Shown piece after piece: positions 53,271 to 64,000 of a stretch of DNA of 64,000 nucleotides. The stretch's first letter is position 1; each line of letters starts with the position of its first letter. The translations under genes were made by a program, and so were the position numbers. The notes under the pieces are model-generated. The model saw only the letters and a program-made list of their open reading frames with translations. It did no database searches and had not been told where the DNA came from. This stretch comes from Eledone cirrhosa (lineage: Eukaryota), in NCBI GenBank assembly GCA_964016885.1, contig OZ024740.1, forward strand, positions 349,680,001 through 349,744,000. The letters are read 5' to 3'.

Positions 53271-53523
53271 TATTAAAAGTGCGTAGGCGGTATGCCGAGA
53301 TGAGAACTCGATGCTCGTGGGGAGCAGTGTATCAATAATAATAAGGGAACAAAGAATCTCTTAGACGCGAGTCTACATGTTAACACATATCTGAGGAGCT
53401 TCCGGTTCCAGAGTCAGGACCGATCATTAATCGATTGTTCCTCGAGCTGATCGACAGTGAAACATATGTAATATATAATTAAATATGTATATGATGCAAC
53501 ACTGATTCTTTGTTCCCTTATTA
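53269..53523. mobile_element. Fold-back element family D: 20-bp inverted arms, left tail, internal HHR
   Basis: TAATAAGGGAACAAAGAATC (53339-53358) and its reverse complement (53504-53523); flanked by (TA)n. Confidence 0.7.
53387..53474 (+). ncRNA. Type I HHR with branched stem II
   Basis: ATAT-CTGAGGA-GCT...two hairpins...AGT-GAAAC-ATAT-GTA^ATAT; palindromic stem III ACATATGT. Confidence 0.7.
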
Positions 53524-53977
53524 GATATATATATATATATCCAAAATTAAATTAAGGGTGTCATGTCCGAAAGACATGCGCCATATCCACTGTAGAATAT
53601 GCTCAAAGATTCCAATGAATAGATCCGAGCATTTTATATCAACTAGAAATTGATTGACATATATATATATATATAAAATAAACACATGCAGCAATCACAT
53701 GGGATAATTTGTTAAGTGTGTAAGCACACATAACTAGGTAGGAAACTAATTAAAGTTTAACTAGAACTTTAAATATAGATACCTTTTAAATATATATATA
53801 TTATATATAATATATAAAGAGAGAGAGAGAGAGAGTCTGCTGTGCTGGGATCAAAGAAACAACAAATCATGGGAATACTCAATGCATGGGGGGGGGGGGT
53901 GCACAGTGGGTATAGAGATAGGTATAATCCCAAAGCGGTTTCAGCTTAGCGCCGCGGTCTGGATTATACCAATCTTC

Positions 53978-54083
<106 letters not shown>

Positions 54084-54360
54084 CAGCTAGAAGTTGAAAA
54101 GAAAAACATGAAGAAGAAATAAAAATTATTCCTGTTGTTTCGATTCATTGATATGTCCCGGTGTTGCTTTCTCAAAGCATCGGTGACATGTTTGTTCTGT
54201 TCAGCTTCTAGCTGTCTGATCAGGTCATAAATGTGGCATAACGGTTATCACCGAAATATATATAACACCGATTATGAATAAATGATGTGACTTCATCTTC
54301 ATTGGGCTTATACCATTAAGTTCACATGAAGATATGTCACTATCTTAACACCAAATATTT

Positions 54361-54421
54361 TATTTTATCTGACGAAAGCGTACTTGAATATTAGTACCTT
54401 TGAAATACGTATAATAAAGTA
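54361..54421 (+). ncRNA. Type I HHR, family E
   Basis: TATTTTAT-CTGACGA-aagcGTACT...AGTACcttt-GAAA-TACGTA-TA^ATAAAGTA; 8-bp stem I; palindromic stem III ATACGTAT. Confidence 0.8.
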
Positions 54422-54913
54422 AATATGGCTTAGTAAAGATATTTTCCATTTATTAATATTGTTAAGCACTCTTGCTATATTAACACATTTTGATCTGCTT
54501 ATCTTCAAGAACTATGCCTGTAAATAACATTATTTTTTCTTTCACATTGCCTTATGTTCCACATTACGCCCCTTCTTTTTCTTTTTTCTTTTCACTTCAT
54601 AAACCTTGTTTGTAAATAATATTATTCTTCCTGCACCATTTCCTTAACATGTTCAACACCACCATTTTACACCAATACATATTATTATCATTTCATAATG
54701 CATAAAAATGCTGAAACCGGTAATAGACAATTATTAAATAAATAAATAAATAAATGCCATTGTTAATTAATAAATAAATCAACTAATACCTTAACACTTC
54801 ACACAAAGTAAAATATTTCGTTTTAATCATTTTCTAATCCAGAAAAAAGAGAGAGGAAAATAAAAAGGAAAAAAATATATTTGTTTTCCTAATAATCGTC
54901 TTTTTCTCCCTGT

Positions 54914-55018
<105 letters not shown>

Positions 55019-55110
55019 GGAGGTGAGTTTTATGTTGATTTAAAACTGATTATGTTGATTTAAAACTGAACTATCCACAAGTGTTTTTTAGCCTTCATAT
55101 CATGTCCTCC

Positions 55111-55181
55111 TGTTTTATCTGATGAAAACACAAATATTATTGCATGATGATATTTGTTTTTGAAATGCGCATAATAAAATA
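55111..55181 (+). ncRNA. Type I HHR, family E
   Basis: TGTTTTAT-CTGATGA-aaacACAAATATTAT...ATGATATTTGTtttt-GAAA-TGCGCA-TA^ATAAAATA; palindromic stem III ATGCGCAT. Confidence 0.8.
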
Positions 55182-55235
55182 CATGGAACTCCTTTAACCA
55201 TCTTTTGTTCTTATATATATATATATATATATATA

Positions 55236-56117
55236 TTAGTTATGTAATAAACAACATAAGATAATTATTTCATTTATCACTGGTTTCTTGAAGGCAGATG
55301 TTGTGTCTGTCTTCAGTCGTCAGAATAAATAAATAACATGGTGTTTGTATTAAATATGGATTTGAAAACAAAATTTAGGAAATATGAAAGGGAGGCTGAA
55401 AAAAATGGGCAAAAAGGAAATAGGGAAAAAAATATATATGTAAAAAAATAAATATCCAGAACATAAACATACACACACTCAACTACGCGCATATACCTAA
55501 TAGTACGTAGACGTATACTTTCACACATAAGCGTATTTGCGTCTACATAGAAATACGAACAGGAACATAAATACATACACATACATATACATATATTTTT
55601 TGTATTTTTTGTTCTTTATTTATTTAGTTATTCCTACTTCCTTATTACTTCCCGGTTCTGTGTATACATTTTTGAGTGCATATATATCTGTGTATATGTA
55701 TGTGTATGTATTTATGTATATATCTGTGTATATGTATGTGTATGTATTTATGTTCCTGTCCGTATTTCTTTGTAGACGCAACTACGCTTATGTGTGAAAG
55801 TATACGTCTACGTACTATTACGTATATGCGCGTAGTTGAGTGTGTGTATGTTTATGTTCTGGATATTTATTTTTTATATATATATTTGAAAAAAAATAAA
55901 TTTTTTCCCCTATTTCCTTTTCGCGGGTTTTTTTCAGCCTCACTTTCATATTTCCTAAATTTTGTTTTCAAATCCATATTTAATACAAACACCATGTTAT
56001 TTATTCATTCTGACGACTGAAGACAGACACAACATCTGCCTAATAAGCTGACTAATAAGCTCTGTAGCCTACATAGAGCACTCTTTTTTCCTGTACCTTT
56101 CCGACGGAAATACTTCA
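55236..56117. mobile_element. Fold-back element family F: ~290-bp inverted arms, decayed HHR (55272-55330, minus), right tail
   Basis: 55293-55580 is the reverse complement of ~55735-56040; minus ATTTATT-CTGACGA-c-TGAAGACAGA..TCTGCCTTCA-a-GAAACCAGT-GATAAAT (cleavage nucleotide apparently lost); tail repeated at ~56760-56852. Confidence 0.75.
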
Positions 56118-56120
56118 TAT

Positions 56121-56194
<74 letters not shown>

Positions 56195-56697
56195 TTCGTT
56201 TCTGAATTTGTTTAGCAAGATTCTTTATCTGAAATCGTGTGTTGAAACAAATATTGTTATACTTTGGGAGGGTCATGTTGCCAATAAGAAACACACGCAC
56301 CACTTGCTTTCACTTCAATTTATTATATATTTATAAATTTACAAATCTACAAACTTATAAATTTCTGGTTGGTTGGTTGGTTCCACAACCAGATAGTTGT
56401 TTATATATAGTCATAGTCCTTTCGTCACACACTCTTATGTTTTGAAACAAAATGGCGTAGGATAGAAGAAAGGAAAGGCACAGAAACAAAGAAAGGAATC
56501 CCCAGCCACTGAAGAGGTCACAGAGTGTGTGACGAAAGGACTATGACTATATATAAACAACTATCTGGTTGTGGAACCAACCAACCAACCAGAAATTTAT
56601 AAGTTTGTAGATTTGTAAATTTATAAATATATAATAAATTGAAGTGAAAGCAACTGGTGCGTGTGTTTCTTATTGGCAACATGACCTCCCAAAGTAT

Positions 56698-56704
<7 letters not shown>
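56195..56704. mobile_element. Fold-back element family G with HHR (56504-56548, plus)
   Basis: Arms 56251-56434 and 56522-56704 near-perfect; AGCCA-CTGAAGA-g-GTCACA-gagtg-TGTGAC-GAAA-GGAC-TA^TGACT. Confidence 0.8.
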
Positions 56705-56754
<50 letters not shown>

Positions 56755-56879
56755 TATAATGTATCTTATGTTGTTTATTACATAACTAATAAGCTCTGTA
56801 ACCTACATAGAGCACTCTTTTTTCCTGGACCTTTCCGACGGAATTACTTCCTTTATATATATATATATGGGGGGGGGGG

Positions 56880-57578
<699 letters not shown>

Positions 57579-58216
57579 ATTAGTATATTTACCAACATAT
57601 GCGTACAGATGTACACTAATGCTAGCAAATACATAAGTTATGTCATAGTACCTAGGTGGTTCTATGCAGGGGGATGCAGAACAATTATATGAAAGACGTA
57701 AAATAAGAAAATTTTAAAAATTAAAAATTAACTTACTTACTAAAATTTTCACTCCAACTAATTAGTTTCTGTAATGGGATAAAGATAGTTACGCAATGTA
57801 ACAATCGAGAATTCATTAAGTCATCAGGGAGTATATTCTCAGCTAAGTCCCCAGGCAATGCGCGGACACTAGGGACTCATATAAAAATAATAATTTGGTG
57901 GATGGAACAGCTAGCGGGGACTGAATTCCATAGCACTGAAAAAGTTCACTGTCTCTGGTCAAGTGGCAGATTCTAAAGAATCAATCACGTGACACTGAGG
58001 CTAGTCAGTAGTTATTTTTATATTAGTCCCTAGTGTCCGCGCATTGCCTGGGGACTTAGCTGAGAATAGACTTCCTGATGACGTAATGAATTCTCGATGG
58101 TTACATTGCGTAACTATCTTTATCCCATTACAGAAACTAATTAGTTGGAGTGAAAATTTTAGTAAGTAAGTTAATTTTTAATTTTTAAACTTTTCTTATT
58201 TTACGTCTTTCATATA
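57579..58216. mobile_element. Fold-back element family A, second copy; HHRs at 58070-58151 (plus) and 57751-57832 (minus)
   Basis: Homologous to 5105-5629 in the opposite orientation; arms ~57686-57890 and ~58012-58216; ~120-bp spacer. Confidence 0.85.
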
Positions 58217-58577
58217 TATATATATATATATATAGTAGAATAATCGAGTATCGAAAAATCGGCGCACGAGTTCACGATAAACAAAATTCGAGATGAGCGG
58301 CAGAGGGCTCCATAATTCAGATAAATCAGAGCTATAACTATCGTTAAAATACCGTCACACGTAGAATATGTCTACAATCAACCATACGACCGAAAAATTG
58401 CGATATGGAAGATTCGGGACACTCAGATAAATTATCAATAAATCAATAAATCAAATGAATGTAAAAAGCATATATATATAAATTATTAAAAAAATAATGA
58501 ATAAACAAAGAAACAGTTCCTTATATTAAAAAAAACAGTTCCTTATATTAAAAAAAATTCATTATTTTACGATCGTA

Positions 58578-58611
<34 letters not shown>

Positions 58612-58814
58612 ATTTTTTACCGTTGGTCAATCAATGATAAACATTGATTGCCAAATAAACTAACTATGGAGATATAAAAGATACAGAAGCGAAAACCAAC
58701 CAGACAGTGAGTGTGTTCTGTTATTATTTCTGGCAATATTATTACAACAATATGACCCTCCCCAAGTATAATATATATATATATATGTGTGTGTCTATTA
58801 TTATTATGGTGGAT

Positions 58815-58988
58815 TGGCAGTATCGGTAGAGGGTCAGACGATATGCTTTGACGCATAGAGTTACGGCCCTTGGCATTCTGAGTTCAAATCCCGCCGAGGT
58901 TAACTTTGCCTTTCATCCTTACGGGGTCGATAAAATAAAGTACCAGTAATGCACTGGATATTTGTGGCCTTGTGCCAAAAGTAGAAAC
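58815..58988 (+). mobile_element. SINE family B
   Basis: Highly similar to 52495-52666. Confidence 0.75.
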
Positions 58989-59234
58989 AATTATTATATA
59001 TTACGGTATCAAGACATATATATAATATGTATGATGGTTATGTTTCTCAATAAAAACTGGACATTGACCTAGAGTATCATTAATTCAAATTAAAAGATAT
59101 GTATAAAGAGAGAGAGAGAGAGAGAGTATTTTATACACACATAAAACACATCATATTCAGGAAGAAGTACATACTTTATCGTTTCTCAAATGATATATGG
59201 CTGTTTTTCTATATACATATATCTTTCAATTTGA

Positions 59235-59265
<31 letters not shown>

Positions 59266-59355
59266 AGTACAGAGAAGGAGAGGGAGGAGAGACAGAGAGA
59301 GAGAAAATAAGAAAATGCGAAGTAGTTGCAGATGTTAAAGTCCTTTATTTGTAAG

Positions 59356-59430
59356 GCTGTGATACATATTTCAATGACGAAAGTGGCCAAGTGGTTCCGC
59401 GTAATCAGTGCCATGATCTCATCAGACAGC
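59356..59430 (-). ncRNA. Type I HHR motif
   Basis: Minus: GCTGT-CTGATGA-gat...att-GAAA-TATGTA-TC^ACAGC, perfect 5-bp stem I, AUC site, AATAAA shortly downstream. Confidence 0.7.
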
Positions 59431-59634
59431 TTCATTACATAATAAGCTTACGTTCTTGAGACAAACCAAACTAAAACGACAAGGGAACGGACAAAGATGA
59501 TGTCCTGAAGCCTTCGCCTGTTCCCTTGAGAGCCCTAATTACTCTCCACAGCTTTGCGCAGGCGCAAATGTGAAGGAATTTGACCATCTAACTACTACCC
59601 ATAGCACGGTATATACAAACACACCCACCCACAT

Positions 59635-59727
<93 letters not shown>

Positions 59728-61587
59728 AGGGTGCTGAAAATGTTCTTGGCTTTGGGTAAAACAAAATATAGGAGGATCAGTTAATTAAGATTTTGTTTTT
59801 TATTCAACATATCCCCCTCTCAGATTCACACACTTATTGCATGGTTTTGCACCTGGAAAGTTCCCCTCCGAAACACAAGCCTGGGCAAGGTGTGTTTGTG
59901 GGAAACCAGCAGTCACCCATGTGTGACAGTTTCCACTCTCCACGCTACCGATGTTGTCTAAGGGAAAAAGCAATGGCCAATACAAATTGCCATCAGTTAT
60001 TTCGCAACTTACAGCTGAGGGAACTAGAGCAATGTAAAATATTATGGAGGAGAGATATCAAGGTAAATGAAACACACACGTGATGACAGACTACTGTTGG
60101 AATATTCAAAGAGACTGTGTAGACATAAAACACTCCAGGCGCTCTCGTAAGAGAAAATTCGTTCTATGAATATGTCGGATAGTGTACGATTGTTTGTGCT
60201 TTATCTATTTTATTTGTGAATTAACAAGATGTATTTAATAAAAGGTGATATTATCTTATATTTCATCTATCATATCAGATTCTATTGACATTATAACTTA
60301 TGGTTTCAAGCTATAAGTCTTAGTAATCCATCATAAGTAAATTATATTATTCATAGTGTATAATATAAAATAGGTATGTGCTATTGAATGAATGCGTTAG
60401 AAAAAGATGGATGCCATATTTGAAATCAGCACCTCAAAATTAGCTGAAAACTACAACAAAACGTAAGTCAGCAAAAAATGTGTTAACCAGTGTAATAATA
60501 GGATCTAAATAAAGAAATAAAGATATGAAATTATGAAGGTGAAAGGTGGTTGATGAGGAGGCGAAGAATGAAGAAGATAATGTAGAGGATAAAAAAATTA
60601 AAGGAGAGGAAAAGAAAAACGAAGGAGAGACAAGAGAAGAATTGGGAGAAAAACACGATTAAGAAGAGAGATGAGAAGACGAAGGAGAAGAGAGAAGACG
60701 AAAGAAAAGAAGGAATTAGAGAAGGACAGAAGTATGAAGAGGGTGGAAATTGAAAAAATAAAAAATATAAAAGGTGTGGGAATTGAGAGGGAGAGAGAGA
60801 GAGGGGGGAAGCGAGGGTAGAAAGAGACTAGGGAGAGAGGCAGAGAGAGAAAAGCGAGGTAGAAAGAAACCGGGGAGGGGGGCGATGGAGAGAGAAACTA
60901 GAGGGAGAGAGTGTGTGTGTGTCAGAGAGAGAGAGAGAGAGAGAGAGAGAAGAAAAGAGAGAAATGGAGAGCGTGTGTGTAAGTCAGAAAGAGTGTGTAT
61001 ATGTATGTGTGTGTGTATGTGTGAGAGAGAGAGAGGGGGGAATTAAAGAGAGAGATAATAGAAAAATGTGAAATTGTAAGAAGGGTGTGAGGTAAAGAGG
61101 CTATATATGGTAGCCGGAGTGGGATGACAGCAAGGAAAAAGCTGGGCGGTAGCACGATGCTTACAGTTTTAAAACGGCCACTTATCTTTATGATGATGAA
61201 AAGTTCTACTATAGATTAATAATTGAATTTCATCTTTGCCCATCTATCCATTAGACGTAACTCCTGGTGGAATCGTAGGGACGCTGTCTTTGGTATTTGG
61301 AACTTAGTGGAGGGCATCTCTGCTCATGAATAACTGGACTACAGAATATATGTTTAATATTTTCTAATAATCGAATTATTTAATATTAAACACACACACA
61401 AGACAAAAAGATGAGTCTTTTTCTTGATAGAAATAATGAGGTAACATATATGCACCTATTAGAGTCAGTTTTTAATATATATATATATATATTCGATCGA
61501 CTTTCGTCAAATCGGATCGAGGAAACAATGTTTCCACTGATCTTTCCAATTGCTAATACTTTCTATCTGTCGCAACTCCATGTACAA

Positions 61588-61708
61588 GGAGCAACGTGAA
61601 ATAAAGTGTCTTGCTCAAGGACATAACGCATTGCCCGGTCCGTAAATTGAACTCACGACCTCACGATTGCGAATAAAATTATCTAACCACTCAACCACGC
61701 GCCTTCAC
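61588..61708 (-). mobile_element. tRNA-derived CORE-like SINE head
   Basis: Minus GTGAAGGCGCGTGGTTGAGTGGTTAG...GAGTTCAATT...GTCCTTGAGCAAGACACTTTATTTCAC. Confidence 0.7.
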
Positions 61709-61767
61709 TTTAAATACACACATGTACATATATAAAGTTAGTTCCACAACAAATTAGCGAACCATCT

Positions 61768-61806
61768 TCGAGGACACGTGTTTCACCTAACGGATTTTCA
61801 ACTCGA
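61768..61806 (-). ncRNA. Minimal 39-nt HHR, second U3-A8 core variant
   Basis: Minus: TCGAG-TTGAAAA-t-CC-gtta-GG-t-GAAAC-ACGT-GTC^CTCGA; perfect 5-bp stem I, palindromic stem III ACACGTGT, GUC site. Confidence 0.7.
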
Positions 61807-62817
61807 GTGAGGTAGTGCTGAAAAACGGAGGTTTATATGAGTTGGCCAATCATATATATATGTATATATGTAGTACAAATTTGGTATAAATATCCAAACG
61901 AAAGAAAAGAGCTATCTACATATCACGTGGAAGTTGAATATTTATATTAGCAGTTTGACATAACTCCGATTTACCATTGGTTCAGAAACAAAAACCTGAC
62001 TAAAACATCAGGCCAATATATTACACCGAACCCATATGGTCATGGGCATTGGAAAAGTAACATCAAAACCCACCCGGGACATATGACACATTGAACAAAT
62101 GATTACCCAATAGCTGCCCAATGAGATCGTATCTATTACACAATAGATACCACTAAAATATATATAACAGTAACAATGTGATTAACAAAATGATGTAATT
62201 AAATCGTTACAATTGTTTCGACACAAAACATTTCTTCAAACACAGAGCTAGGCAATTGCAATCATCATAATAATATTCATGATTATAATCATAATAAATT
62301 AATCAAGAGATATACTATATATACTTTATGCTAATTAGTGTTTATGGAATATTCTATTCCCCCAGAAAATTAAACATCTGCATCAAAGAAAACCGTGTAG
62401 ATTCAGAAGAGACATGTTGATATTTTAGCGACTACAAGTAGATATGTAGTCGCTTTGTATCGAAACAATTGGAGGGATTAAACTATGTAAGAACTTATTT
62501 CTCTCATCCTAATTAGTTTTATATGGTGTGTTAAGATTGCAACCTTTCTTCTAGCCCTTAAAAATGTCCTCACTATATTTCTTTCTATATAAAAACATTG
62601 AACTTAATTAAATCTTCTCAATCGCAATGTCTCTTCAAATAACTATTTTTTTTCTTATATATTATTTATTTTTTGATATATGGGAAAGAAACAAAATATA
62701 TATAGATTTGTTTGTATGTCAATGTATAATATATATGTGTGCGTGTGCTAGTGTATAAATCAACAGATACTTGTATGTTTGTACGTATTTGATACACTTA
62801 TATAGTTACTTCTTGTG

Positions 62818-62941
<124 letters not shown>

Positions 62942-63231
62942 ATATCCACTTCCACAACGCGTGAACGAAATATACAACCGTGTAAAATTTGCCTCCTCTG
63001 TTTTGTTTGTTCATTCATCAACTATATATATATATATAATATATATATATATGTTAAGTATTGCCGAAGGAAAAGCAAAGGAAAAAAGAGTGCTCTATGT
63101 ATAAAACAGAGCTATTTAATTAGAAAGTGAACACACAATATATAACTACTCCATTACCAAAGGTTTCAGGGCCCTAGATAATATTAACATAATAATGGAG
63201 TAGTTATTTATACATTTTGTTGTTCACTTTC

Positions 63232-63324
<93 letters not shown>

Positions 63325-63327
<3 letters not shown>

Positions 63328-63685
63328 CAATGAGTTATCTAATTTGTTGGTTATTCAACAAATTTAGTTTATAACAGATTAGAAGCACTCTACAAGACTT
63401 TCTGGAGGATAATATGAATAATATTAATAAATGGAAACTATCTTTATAAAACCACATTTATTTTATTATATATATTTCAAGGATACCAACATTTTTGGTA
63501 CGCACTCATCAGATGAAATACAAAAGTTCTGTTTGAACTCAAAACGCTAGGTTCTAGTTTTGGATATGTCACTATCTGTAAAACAACTTTTGTATTTTAT
63601 CTGATGAGGTCGTATCAAAAATGTTGGTACCCTTGAAATATATATAATAAAATAAATATGGTTTTATAAAGAAAGTTTCCATTTA

Positions 63686-63695
<10 letters not shown>
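63325..63695. mobile_element. Fold-back element family E with HHRs at 63593-63654 (plus) and 63459-63520 (minus)
   Basis: Arms 63417-63528 and 63585-63695; TATTTTAT-CTGATGA-...-GAAA-TATATA-TA^ATAAAATA; upstream GATATGTCACTATCT shared with the 54361 copy. Confidence 0.8.
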
Positions 63696-63734
<39 letters not shown>

Positions 63735-63735
<1 letters not shown>

Positions 63736-63921
63736 GTTATTCCGGGTTGAATCGGAAGTAACCACAGTAAGTAAGGTACTCAATACATAGCAGAGTATAA
63801 CAGTTTTAATATAGATGAGATTCCACAGGACCAGAACTGTTTCACTCACTAGAAATCATCAGGAATCCTGATGATTTCTAGTGAGTGAAACAGTTCTGGT
63901 CCTGTGGAATCTCATCTATAT
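63735..63921. mobile_element. Fold-back element family C: perfect palindrome with 1-nt spacer, HHR motif 63819-63867 (minus), left tail
   Basis: Minus GATTC-CTGATGA-tttctagtgagt-GAAA-CAG..CTG-TG-GAATC (GUG site, predicted inactive); tail homologous to 52811-52878. Confidence 0.8.
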
Positions 63922-64000
63922 ATATATATATATAAAGTGGAAGCTTAGTAAAATCGAAGCTTTGGCTGTGGCCAAGCAAAGTCGACCTACAATAAGGAAT

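Noticed and set aside
54686-54727. Possible third U3-A8 hammerhead (TTCATAA...GCAT/ATGC...GAAACCGGTA)
   Set aside because: Essential G5 is absent and stem I is weak; at best a decayed remnant.
62195-62485. Inverted pair of HHR-like remnants (GAAACAATTGTA on minus; CAGAAGA...GAAACAATTGG on plus)
   Set aside because: Both cores are mutated and stem I is poor; too decayed to call.

Overview
Eukaryotic, very AT-rich, repeat-dominated genomic DNA with no recognisable intact host gene. It is most likely from an octopod cephalopod, inferred from the giant (TA)n/(TATG)n tracts, RTE LINEs with (GAT)n tails, tRNA/CORE-type SINEs and TTAA-flanked MITEs. Nearly all long ORFs in the track are microsatellite artefacts. 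The real coding sequence is RTE reverse transcriptase (with a PHD finger inserted in the RT) plus a decayed Tc1/mariner fragment. The main hidden signal is non-coding: about 15-20 intact or decayed type I hammerhead ribozyme (HHR) motifs from at least eight unrelated sequence families, found by eye on both strands. The most striking is a near-identical ~590-bp tandem array (13474-15027, next to a 200-N gap) in which every unit carries an HHR with the rare compensatory U3-A8 core (UUGAUAA), a branched stem II and a palindromic stem III, i.e. a candidate retrozyme/circular-RNA-producing array. The others lie mostly in asymmetric fold-back elements (inverted arms plus a one-sided tail) inserted in (TA)n, clustered at 52-64 kb. 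These resemble Penelope-like pseudo-LTR derivatives and show covariation between copies and a shared tail motif. All ribozyme calls are manual structural fits; none has been tested.
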